64,000 nt of DNA from Raillietiella orientalis (Eukaryota). A program made the translations under genes and the position numbers. The first letter of the stretch is position 1. The number at the start of each line of letters is the position of its first letter. The stretch covers positions 2,728,001-2,792,000 of the forward strand of contig JAYWIR010000017.1 in the NCBI GenBank assembly GCA_036172245.1, written 5' to 3'. The notes under the pieces are model-generated. The model was not told the DNA's origin, made no database searches, and was given only the letters and a program-made list of their open reading frames with translations. Of the stretch, positions 53,433 to 64,000 are shown piece by piece.

Positions 53433-54260
53433 ATGCTTTTTCTCGGTGCACGCAGGAAGAAAGGGGCGGCGGGTGCGGAAGAGCATCGGTCCGATATGCC
53501 CGTAGGGATGCGGTCGGATGCTTCGTTGGCGATGTCTTGCACAGTGATGGGCCGCGTTTCCTTCTTAGTACGCGGAAGACCTGACCCTCGCGCGGCTAGA
53601 GCCTGCGGTCTCCGGACGTCCAATCAGGGGACATTTGATCTCGAAGGGCGACTAGGCCTCCTCTGGTGTCGGACCCCTTCCTACGGCCTTCTGCTTGCTG
53701 AAGAGCTCTCCACGATGCATCATGCGGTTCTTGGGAAGTGCTCCCTTGCCTTCGTCCCCATATGAGGGAGTCCACTCTGTCCGCCTCCCAGGATCCTGCC
53801 GAAGCTTCGGACGCTCATGGGTCCCTCCCTGACAATTGTCGGAGGCATGAGGCCACTCTCGAGAGAGCTACGTCACTCGTCTGCTTCTGCCGGCCGCCGC
53901 TCTTGGGCGGAAGACGCAACGCAGCGCGTCCTACACGCGCGGGCTACACCTTCCTCGAGTCGCAGCCGTCGTCGTATGCCCCTGCCCCGGTGCTCCTGGG
54001 AAAGCTGGAAAGAGCCAGAGTGGCAGGGTCGCGAAGGAAGGACGAGACCTGGAGGTCCGTAGCCGTGGGGAGGCCGTGGACTTGCGCGATGGCCAGAGCG
54101 GTAAGGGACGCGCCTCGGGCGACCGACTCGGACTGCTCCGAGAAGCGGCGGGGGCCGCCCTCTCCGTCGGCACGGACCTTTCTGGCCAGCCTCCATTTCC
54201 GGACGCCCACAACAAGTGGACGTTTCCATGGAATCTCCGAATGGCTCTGCCTTCAGCCCC
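53433..54260 (+). mobile_element. Decayed gypsy RNase H and integrase N-terminal remnant
   Basis: MRSDASLAMSCTVM...GLLWC...YGLLLAEELSTMHHAVL reproduces the DAS...W...YLLG..F..DH..L spacing. Later KDETWRSV...W..AMARAVR is integrase zinc-finger-like. Confidence 0.55.
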
Positions 54261-54839
54261 TCTGAGGGGATGTCGACGGACGTGCACGTGGACTCCCCCC
54301 AGTTGACCACCTCTCGGGACTCACTGCCGGTAAGTCTTCCTCATTAGAGGGCATGGCGGTGGGTCTCATGGCGTCCTCCTCCGCAGGAAGAGGAGACCTC
54401 GCGTGCCTATCTGATGTCAGGAATGATCGTGGTCATGCCGGAGGGCGAAGAGACTGGTGATCCGCCCGGCGATCTGCCCGATGATCCGCCCGGCGATCTG
54501 CCCGATGATCCGCCCGGCGATCTGCCCGATGATCCGCCCGGCGACCTGCCCGATGATTCGCCCGGCGACCCGTACTGTGAGCCGCCCGCCGCCCCAGAGG
54601 CGGACCGAAGAGACTCTCCGCTCGAACCCGCTCTCGAGGAGGGAAGCAGCTACCACAGGGACGACCTGGACATCCGCTGGGATACTCACGCGAGGATCGA
54701 GGAGCTAGAGCACGCTGTCGAGACCTACCGGGAGATCCTGAAGGATGGCATCCTCAGGGCGAAGGAGGTGGCGGAACAGTGGTCCTGCATGCCGCCCCTC
54801 ACTCTGGGAAAGAACCTGCCCGGGGGATCGGGAAAATAA
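54228..54839 (+). CDS. Candidate two-exon orphan gene, 184 aa, acidic, with DPPGDLPD repeats and a C-terminal helical segment
   Basis: ttccATGG start at 54228; exon 54228-54329; intron gtaagt...cctcctccgcag 54330-54386 (57 nt); exon 54387-54839 in frame with ORF 54414..54839; AATAAA overlaps the stop. No homology recognised. Confidence 0.4.
54459..54570 (+). repeat. 24-bp minisatellite, about 4.7 copies (gatccgcccggcgatctgcccgat)
   Basis: Units start at 54459, 54483, 54507, 54531 and 54555 (partial). Each is a diverged dimer of a 12-mer and encodes DPPGDLPD. Confidence 0.95.
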
Positions 54840-57800
54840 ACAGTTCAGACTGCGTCTCCGGTGGCACGATCGAGAGGTCCCGCCCAGGAGGCGGGGGAGA
54901 TGGCTCACGTCCTAGGGGGCGGCAGCGTCGAGGTCTCCCTCTTTTAAGGACGCGGGGTCGCCGAGGCGAACTCTGGAGCTACCGCCTGACCTCCCGCGAA
55001 GGCCGCAGGGAATATCGGTTAGGGAGAGAGGGGGGCTCTGCCCCCCTCTCCTCCTCGCCATCCTCCCCGTGGCTGCAAGCCGTCGGGTCACAGGACGTCC
55101 TGTTGACCCAACGGCTGTCTGCCGAGGAGGTAGGGGGCATCCTCCCCTCTCCTCCTTTTCCAGATGAGGGGAGCCTTGCTCGTGAGGCGGTTCGGAAGGT
55201 GGGCAGTGGAGCCTTCTCCTCCTTCCCTCCCCTCCTTCCTTCTCTCGTCAACAGTCTCGCGGAAGCCGTCCGCCGCATCCGAGTGAAGGTCGCCCATTGG
55301 TAGGTCACGGCGCTCCGTTAGCTGCGGCAGCGGGGCGCGCGAACGAGCGCTGCTCCCACTCCTTCCCGCTCCCTCTCTGGTGCATTCCAAGCGCTCCCGG
55401 AGACCCCTGGAAAAGCGCCATCAAGTGGAAAAGGACTCTGGCAGAACCAACGCGCTTCTCTGGGAAAGGGAGGGAGGAGGAGGTCCGACAGACCCGCAGG
55501 CTGAGGAAGCTCTCGCAAGCCAGGGGCCATCTCTCCCTTCCCCCTCTCCCCTCCCTTCCTCCCTCAATGTCTCAAATCTCGGAAGGGGGGGGTGGATTTC
55601 CCCGCTGCCGCGCAGAACGACTCGGGTGGACGGCAGCCGCGGCGGCAACAATGGGCACACTGAGGGACTGAACCTCGGCGCGCGCGCCAGGTGGGACCCC
55701 GTTGCCAAGGGCAACGCGCTGCTGCTCTCTGTCGCGTGTTGCGGGATCCTCGCGGCGTGCTGCTCGCGCGGCACGCGAGGGAGAGAGAGAGAAGAGGAAG
55801 AAAGGAAAAAAAGAAAAAAAAATTAAAGGTGGGAGGAGGGGGGGGTACGTTGGTTCCTGTCCCCGGGATACAGCAAGTGTTCCGTGCGAGGAGGAGGAAG
55901 AGGAGGCAGCCTCCCGGATCATTAGGCGTGCGCAGCTTTAATGACGCCGCGTCCAGGTGGAGCTGCACTCCCTCAGACCTCCTCCTCCTCCCGGGAGCAG
56001 AGGGGCCGCGCACGCGCGCCAAGGCGGCTCCGTCGGCGGGTGACTCCGGCGATCGCAGGAGCCGCCGCGCGCCCATCGAGGCCGCTCCCGCGGAAGGCGG
56101 GCGAGCCGTGCAGGATCGCGCGCGAAGAGGGAGCGGGCGATCCAGAGCTCTGCCGTCATCCCCTCTGGAGACTGGGAGAGGTGAAGGCGAGGACGTCGCC
56201 CGACGACGTCTGCCAAGGACCGCGCGCCTTTCCCCTCCTTCTCGAGGATTTTCGGTCAGCCGCATCCCGGGAGCAGGACCCCGAGGATGCGGGGACCCTT
56301 CCGCGAGGGACGGGGACGCCTCCCGCGCGGTCCGGTCGGAAGTCGCCACCACACCCTCCCATGGCCTCCGGAGCCGGCCTCAGAGGGCGTTGCTGGGATA
56401 CGGACGGACCCAGAGGTCGAGTGAGAGAGAGAGGGAGGACGCGCTCGCGGGAGGCGGGAAGTCTCTGCGGCGACGGCCCTCGTGTCCAGGAGAGAACGAG
56501 CCAGGGGGACGCCCAGCCTGAGCGGGCGCATGTCCTCCGGGAGCGGCGGTGCCAGGAAGCCGCGGGCGCGGGGAGGTCCGCCCGCGCGCCGCCGCCGCGG
56601 CGGGCGCGGCCCCCGCGCCAGGGGGGGTCTCGGGAGGCCCCCCGAGCCCAGGAACCTCGGCGCCGTGGCGGGTCCCGCGGTGAGTGGACGCACAGGCACG
56701 GGAGGGAAGAAAGGCGTGCGAACGCCATCTATCCGGAAGCACTCTGGCCTCGAGCCAGACGGGAGATGGAGAAGGAGGGAGGGCGCCTCCCCTCCTCTTC
56801 TCTGTCCCCTCCCTTCTCTGTCCCCTACTGCCCACACGAGGGACAGAGAGAGGAGTCGACCCTCTCTCTTTCTCCCCGCTCCCCCTCGGCTGTAAGGGCG
56901 GGTCGCCCCACGCCCACACCGGGACTATGGTCCTCCCCCTCTCGGCACCGCGCCCCTTCGCTCCTCGCCTGCTTCCCTCGAGGGCGGGAGGAGGCCGGGA
57001 ACGCGTCTAGGGGGACGGACGGACGCTGCCAGCACGCGCAGGCGCCCTCACGCTGCGACGCACCGCCGCGCTTCGCTCCTCTCGAAGGGGGGAGGGGAAT
57101 GGGGAGGGGGAGTAGGCGGGGCGGATCGATGGATGGATGGAGAGTCTTGCTCATGGTCTCCTCCTCCCCTCCCCCCTCCCTCCTCCCGTGCCGCCGGACT
57201 CTCGGCGCCCGGAGATGCGCCGCTTCCGGATTCGCCGACGTCATCGATTGCCGAGTTCCCTACGCAATGCGGGATTCGATTCGGGAGTGCCCAGAATGCA
57301 GCCGCGCGCGCTCGGAAGACGCGGACAGGAGGCAGCCACCCGACTCCCGCGTGCCGGTGGAGGGAGGGACGGAGCAGGCGGGATCCAGCTCCGGTTCTCC
57401 CGCCCGACAGAGAGCAGGGGGGGTGAACGCCCGAACACGGCCCTCGGAACGCGGGGCGGGCGGCCATCTCTCTCCCCGTTCGACGCGCGCGCCTCGGAAC
57501 CTTTCAGGTTGCCGGGGAAACCTAGCGACGTGCCCCGCTCCCCCCCCCTTCTCTCTCTCTGGACGACTGAATCCCTTGGACCCACGGCACGACGGAAGTC
57601 ACAAGCATGGGAACGGCGCCGGAAGCGGCATCTCCCCGGAAGAAGGGAGAGGAGGGAGTAGGAAGGCGAGCAGCGCCTCGCGGGCGTCTCCGGCGAAGGT
57701 GGAAACCCGCCGGAGAGCGTGTCACGTGACCGAAGCCGTCCGCCCCTCTCTCAAGAGGCAGGTGCAGCTCCGCCGCCTCTTCCCCCCCCCCTCCCCGGAC

Positions 57801-59329
57801 CGAGCTTATCCCTGTCGCGTCCGGCGCGCTCGTCCCGTTTCCGTCTCGTCTCGTCCTTTCCCCTACCCCTCCCTGCCCGTCGTGCGAATCTCCCTAACCC
57901 GGCCGAGGGGGAGGCCGCTGTTCTTTGAGGGGCAGCCGAGGGAGCCGAGGTAGAACGTTGGAATAAGCAGCAAAGGAGAAAGGCAGAAACGAAAACCACA
58001 GGAAAGCGAAAAGCAAAGAAAGGAGGGGGGGGGGGGGGTGATGCACGATGGAGCGACGACGCGCGAACGAAATGAGGGCCACCGCCACGCACGCGCTCTC
58101 TCTCTACACACGTCCCCCCCTCCCATCCCTCCTCCTTCCCCTCGAAGATTCGAACCACCTCCTTGCCCGTCGGCTCCCGTACCCTATCGCGCCCTCCTGG
58201 AATTGGATTGCGCTCCTCCCGGCACGCGAAAGCAGCAGGGGGGAAGGGAGGGGGGGAAGAAGGAAAAAAAAAAAGGAAAAGAAAAGCAGGAAGGAGAGCA
58301 GAGCGAGAAAAACGCCTGCCTCGTTAGCGGGCTCCGGGCGGAGGCTCCGTGCTATTTTTAGAGCTGCAACAATGAGGGGAACGGGCGGGCGCGTACCAAC
58401 GTGTGTGCAGCGTACCGATATCGGCACGCGCCGGGTACGTGACACGTCGTACACACAGACGGATCCCCAACAATTCCTCCCCCCCTCCCTTCCTCCCTGG
58501 TGCCGAAAGGCCCGCCCCCCCCTCTTGCATGGGAAAAAAACTCTCGCAATGCGGGGACCGACATCGCACACCTTCCTGCCCGCCGCGCCAGGGGAAAGAA
58601 AGCCGGCCAAGTCGGATATCGGGAAGGAAGCTGCGGAGAGCGCGGCGGCAACGAGGAGGAATCATCAATGGGAAGGAAGATTTCCAAAGATAATGAATAT
58701 TTTTAGATGTGCATTCGCTCGAGGAGGAATAAGAAACGGCTCGAAGTTGGTTCGGAGGCTGGCAGTAGGATCCTCTCCAGTCGGGGAGGAAAGCAACGCG
58801 AGAACTGGATGTCGGGAAATTCGGGAAGCATGTTTCGCAGATCAGGTTGCAACATATTAATGAAAGATAAAACTCAATTAAGAGGAAGAGTAATCATGCA
58901 ACGTCACATGAGGAGATCGGCCGCCCGATGTACAGATTGCCTGGATTTCGCCACAGAGCAATTATGTGACAAGGAGGTTGCCTAAGAGGCCTAAATAGCT
59001 GCTAAATATTGCGCATCAAAATATTTATTTATTTACTTTTTTATACTCTTGGAGATTTCGATATTCTCACACATGTATATATGCACTCAATTATCTACAT
59101 TTTTGTTCATTTCTCTCTTTTTTGCGTTAGTGCGTATGCGTATACATGTACGTGCACGAAAATATTCTCCTCCTATGCACACACACGCTGCACTACATGT
59201 GCAGGAGGCGTGTACAATGTAATGTGTACAACGCAGTAGGTGTGCATGGCTCTAACGCATTCGATGTCGATTTTTCAGCAGACAGCTCGTTTCTTGCGTG
59301 GGGGGGGGGATCGTCCGCCAGGATGACGC

Positions 59330-59700
59330 AACAATGTCGGGTCCTCCATCTTGCGTTTCACGATCCTGCAAACGAAACGGATCTCCCTGATGATGTGAGA
59401 GCTCCTCGTGTTCCCGTGAAGTAGTCACGCCGCACACCCGAGCACACTGTGCCCGCACATCCCACCCTCGCACGTGTGGGATCCATGCATGCATGCAGTA
59501 TAAGACGTGGAATCCGTTTGCTAACTGTGCTGCTGCAATGTACACAAACCAGCAAGACCCCCCAGATGCGGTCGAAAGCGGATTTGTGCACTTGCACCGC
59601 AAGGCACGTGACTCTCCACTTCAGGGGAACAAGTCGCACCCAAGGCGACCTTTCGCCGGAGATGAGATCACATCTTTGGAAAAGACACAGCTCATGTAAG
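59330..59700 (+). mobile_element. Possible decayed gypsy RNase H remnant
   Basis: VLHLAFHDPANETDLPDD (PVLAxxDPxxxTxLxTD) and WNPFANCAAAM (WxPVAYASR). Confidence 0.38.
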
Positions 59701-60086
59701 GCTAGAGGGACACTCGTGGTCACGGTGCCGTTCCTCATACAATGGGGTTTCTGACCCACGGTACGCGCTCGTCGGTCCTTTATTTGATGCGTTCTTCGCG
59801 AGTACAGATCTCGCGTGTTTCCTTTTTGCGTGTACACAGGTATGTACATTTTGATATTTGGATGCAAATGCCGAACACAAAAGGACCTTTCTTTCCTACT
59901 ACCTTGCCTGTCAAATGCTTGCAGCTTTGAATCGCGGGTCAAGTAGATTCCGAGTGAGTCGGTGATGTCCCGATGACAGCTGGTCCAAGAGTGCTAGAGG
60001 CAGGCAAATGATGGCAAATGGTCTGAGCACTGAGAGGAGAATTATCTCAGGGTGGCCTGCAGCCTGCACGCACGCCCTTTTCGCGT

Positions 60087-60310
60087 ATGTGGAGGTACGC
60101 GGAGCCATTCGGATGGGGACTCATCCTTGGACCGATCGCCTCTCTTGGACGAGAAGCGGTGAGGCACTTCCTCACGGCGAAAGATCGAAGTGCAGACGTG
60201 AGGGTGCTCCGGAAAATCCTCTCGTCTTCCTCGGAAGACAAGCGGTTCGTCCCCACCTCTGACCCCAGGCCGCATGCTGCCGAGGAGAGGCTCCCCCAGG
60301 GGTCGAGGAG
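60087..60310 (+). mobile_element. Decayed gypsy RNase H remnant
   Basis: REAVRHFLTAKDRSADVRVLRKILSSSSEDKRFVPTSDPRP matches the spacing of AERNY...EKE.LAVV.ALKKF..YL.G..F...TDHRPL. Confidence 0.48.
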
Positions 60311-63056
60311 TGCACCCAGGAGAGAGGGAGAGAGACGGTGGGAAGGGGGAAGAGACGAGGATATGGACACTGAGTGCGCTGCAGAGTTGAGTGAAGCACT
60401 CCAACCGGGGACGTTCGTGCGAGGAGCGGCACGAACCGCGCCTTCCCGCAGGGGGTGGGGTGGGGGGCATGATGGGGTCGGGGGAGAGAAATCCCCTTTC
60501 TTTCGACCTACGTGCGAACGCGCGGAGAGCATCCTGACGACCAAAGCATCTCGGGGTCCAGTGCGATTCGGGGAAGCGGCGACGTCACTCCAGACCGCCT
60601 GTCGACGACCGACTCGGATCGTACAGGAGGGCTGCCGCTCTTCTCACGTCGCGTGAGCGCTTCCCGCGCTTCGCCTCGGGCGGGTACGGCTGCCCGGGAG
60701 AAGGATGCGAAGAAGAAGAACGCCGCCGGCGAACGCTGCTGTCGCGCCAAGGCGCTTCCCCTGTCTTCCCCTGTCGTCCTCGAGCAAAGCAGGAACGCGG
60801 GAAATCCTCGAACTGGAGGAGTGGCGCTGAGACGCACCAGGGGGGAGGGACGGGCGTGATCAGATTGCTTCCTCCCGTCGCGGGGAAGATGCGTCAGAGA
60901 GCCGTCGCCGCCGCCGAGCGCAGCTGCAGGTGGCGACGACGGAGGGGGCACCTGGAGCATCTCAGGGCGGGAGGAGGACGCGCGATGGCTGGCCGCAAAC
61001 CGAGAAGGACGGGTCTCCGCGCAACGCGCGCTTTCTCTGCAGCCTCCCCCTCCAGCCGACCGCGAGGAGGCCGGGATCGCCGGCGGACAATCTGTCTCAG
61101 GGAGCTGCCCCCGGCCTTGAAGAAACTTGGAAGAGATGAGAGCGAAGGCTTCTCTTCGGGCGGGACGGCGGCGTTCTCGCGGAGGATGTGTGACGGAAGA
61201 ACCTGCCCCGAGAAAGTTCCCCGTTTGGGGGACTCGGGGAAGGAAGCGCGCCGCGAAAGAGCGGGCGGGTTGCCATGGGCAACCAGCGCGCGCGCGCAGT
61301 TCGGCGCACGCGCGCGCGAGAGGAGAAAGTGCATACGGGATGAGGCAGCACGGAAGGGGCTCAACGGAAACGAAGAGGCGAGGGTTCGCCGAGCCCAAAG
61401 AGAGAGAGGCGGCCCGCCTCCGGGACTCAAGAGAGGGGGCGGCTGCGGCCGCCCCATGAAGAGCGGAGCCGCTTTCAGGAAAGTGAAAGCCTCGCCGCCC
61501 CGTCGTCGCAGGGGGCTCTCCCAACGAGAGGGGAAAGCTCGAGGACGCCGGCGCGGCGCTGCGGCGGCGTTCCCGGGAACGCTCGTGGCGTGCTGTGGCT
61601 TGGAAGGACTATTCCGTGGACAGGGATCGAGTCCCTCTCCTCCGCGTTTCCGCTTCCGCAGCAGCGAGGAGCTGCTGGCGGTTTCTTCCTCTCTGAGACC
61701 GCGGCGGCTCGGTGGCTCCGAGGGCAGCGTTCCTTCCGGCTTCCCATTTCGGGCTCCGCGGACAGCTTGCCAGGGAGCATCCTTCCTTCCTTTTCTCCGG
61801 ATCCCGTCGCGTCCTGGAGCCTCGGAGCTCTTCGTGACGCCGCCGATGCTAGGGATTTTCTCTGAGGAGCAGGGTCCTCTTGTGTTCTCTTGGTTTCCGG
61901 TAGCATGGAAGTGCTCGCGAAAACTCAGGGGTGCAGCGTGGACTCGGGGAAGTGCAGTCTTCGTCCGGTCCCCTCTCCCGCTCAGGAAGTGGGGGAGGGG
62001 GTCTGGAATCACGTCGTTTCGAGTGTCCGGGACTGCGGGAAGCGCGCCGCATTGCGTGCAGTCCACGCACACGTAGGCCCCGGCGGGGAAACCGATCGAT
62101 CAAACCGCGCCAGAGCGACGAAGCCGCCCAGGCACCGCGACCGGGCCCTGATCGAAGCCTCTTGTTCCGCCCTCCCGCCCGCCCGACACTTACACACGCC
62201 GTGTCTCCCGGGAAACGGACCTCGCTGGCCAGCTTCTCGCCCCGAGCTACTGCTTCAGACGGCCGGTCTCCCGAGGCGGAAGTGGGGCCGGTACCATCGA
62301 AGAGGCTGAGTCCGTTTCTTTGCTCTCTCCCTTCCCTTTTTCCACTTTCCGCTCTCCGTGTGGCTCCCGGGGCATGCTCCTTGACGGACCCCCTCCAGCC
62401 GCTACGACCTGCCCCGGCCGCGGCAGGAGTTTCCTCCTCTTGGAGCAATATAACCCCCGAAAGACTTCCTCTTCCAGGAAGAAAAGGGTCCGTACTTTGA
62501 TACACAGTCTTCGCTTCGGCGCGAGTGGAACAGTCGGTTCCTTCGCCAAGCGTAAACATCTCGCTGTTCCTCGAGCGGGTGCATTCTTCTTGTTTCTCCC
62601 TCCCCTCCCCCTCGAAATTTCCACTTCACTATCCAACAGCTTCGCTTGGGGACTGAGCTTCACGAAAGAATGTGCTGCTCCATTCTTACGTGAATGATCG
62701 CCCTCCCTCCCTCCTCACTCTTCTTCCCTCCTCTTCCTCGGCAGTCAACCGGCGAATTCCGGTGCTCCTCCTCCTGCCAAGCTTCTGGTGTGTTTTTCAC
62801 ATCCTTGTTTATGCGATTAGTCAAGTGTAATGCTCTTTCCCAGCTCCTGAACTCGCTCTAGCCTCAGTTCTCCCGCGAGTTCAGGTGCACACTAGTGTCT
62901 CTATCAGGAGACCTCACTGTGTCCTGCTGTGACCCAGACACTTGCGCATTGCTGAGCTTCTTAGAGGAATTGTCTTCCTTTTGCAACCACTAACACATAG
63001 AGTGCATTCTTGTCTTTAAGCTGACAAGTCCTCCCTTCTATCTTCTTCTACATTAG

Positions 63057-63330
63057 TCACCGAATGCACTGAAGTCCTCCTTCTGTAAACCTCCTTCGTA
63101 CCTTAACCGAAGCGCTTGGCTTGCTAGATAGGTGAAAGAAACAGTGACGACATGAGGTTCGAGAAAGTCCTGGTTTAGTTTGGGGTAGTCCCTGTGGATC
63201 AAGCGGTAGTATGCACCGCAGGCTCCGCTGGAAATGTAGCAAAGAAATCACCTTTTCAAATGTATGGAAGTCACCACACAAAGACAAGGGAAGATGCACG
63301 GTCAGGAACGTAAAAAAGCAAAAGGGAAGA
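63057..63330 (-). mobile_element. Possible LINE apurinic-endonuclease remnant
   Basis: A single motif, LPLSLCGDFH, resembles xPxIxxGDFN. No further strong motif. Confidence 0.22.
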
Positions 63331-64000
63331 ATAGGTGCTTGGGAATACTCGAGTCGATCCTCTCGGTATGTCACACCTCTTTCTCCTTTCCTCCTCCTGA
63401 TATCCATTGCCTTTATCACTGTTGATTCGAAGTGCTATCGTGCCGGAGGTAGCCTTTTTTATTTGCCGAAAAGTGCATGATATGTTGTTTTCTTCGTGAC
63501 GGATCTCATTATACGCCTTTTTATTATGGAGTCACTTGAAAATGATGAATCAGAGTTCATTTTCCGCTTTCTATGCCACATTGCTTGCTCTTAGATGTCC
63601 GGAGCTTTTACGAGATGCCGAGGAGTAAAGATAACTTCCTCCCGAATGGCTCTTTAAAAATAATCAATTTTGCAGAATACACAGCACACGATCACAGCAG
63701 CATGGCACAATTCCGCTTAGAAATCCAAACAGTGATGAAGAAAAACACGAAAATCAATAAACACGTCTGTTTCTCCCTCCCTCTCTCTCCCTCTCTTCTG
63801 CCGAAAGAGTTTATACAAATTCAGTTCCTGTCCCGGTTGCATCCCGCGCTGTTTGCTGAAATTTTTGCTAAACAACAGCAGCAGCAGCAGCAGCAAAAGA
63901 GACAGATTCATCATCGGTGCTTTGAAGATCCCTTTCTTTCTTCTTTTTTTGTCCTAGCTTTTTCCTGTTCCACCTAACCGATTCCGAGCCATTTTCCACA

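Noticed and set aside
54459..54570. Repeat array as CRISPR
   Set aside because: Units are contiguous with no spacers, and the context is eukaryotic.
55941..57953. 670-aa ORF and overlapping long ORFs
   Set aside because: Arg/Gly/Pro/Ser-rich products in several frames are expected from very GC-rich DNA. No domain was recognised, and the lone CPEC motif is insufficient.
55700..58700. GC-rich block as rDNA spacer or rRNA
   Set aside because: No 18S, 5.8S or 28S conserved sequence was seen.
60508..62559. Long overlapping ORFs of 236-406 aa on both strands
   Set aside because: Stop-codon scarcity in GC-rich DNA explains them, and no motifs were found.

Overview
Eukaryotic (animal-type) genomic DNA with spliceosomal introns. 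I found no prokaryotic system, CRISPR array, rRNA or convincing tRNA. Positions 1-41470 (+) hold the 3' part of an outer-arm axonemal dynein heavy chain gene of the DNAH5/DNAH8 family. I traced 54 exons by hand into one open frame of about 3750 codons. The gene has one GC-AG intron, many weak splice sites, and a last exon behind a 3.6-kb intron. A complete 7-exon mitochondrial ribosomal protein L4 gene (305 aa) lies at 51108-52699 (+). Most large introns and the GC-rich intergenic DNA carry heavily decayed Ty3/gypsy and LINE remnants, recognised only by motif spacing. The best leads are: (1) a head-to-tail array of three diverged L1/Tx1-like 3' ends, two of which share a terminal stem-loop with compensatory base changes; (2) an inverted Tx1-like RT joined to that array by interlocking 21-bp and 18-bp inverted repeats; (3) a candidate two-exon orphan gene with a DPPGDLPD repeat that starts inside a gypsy fossil; (4) a candidate spliced gene head-to-head with mRpL4. 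All family assignments come from motif recognition by eye, and no database search was run.
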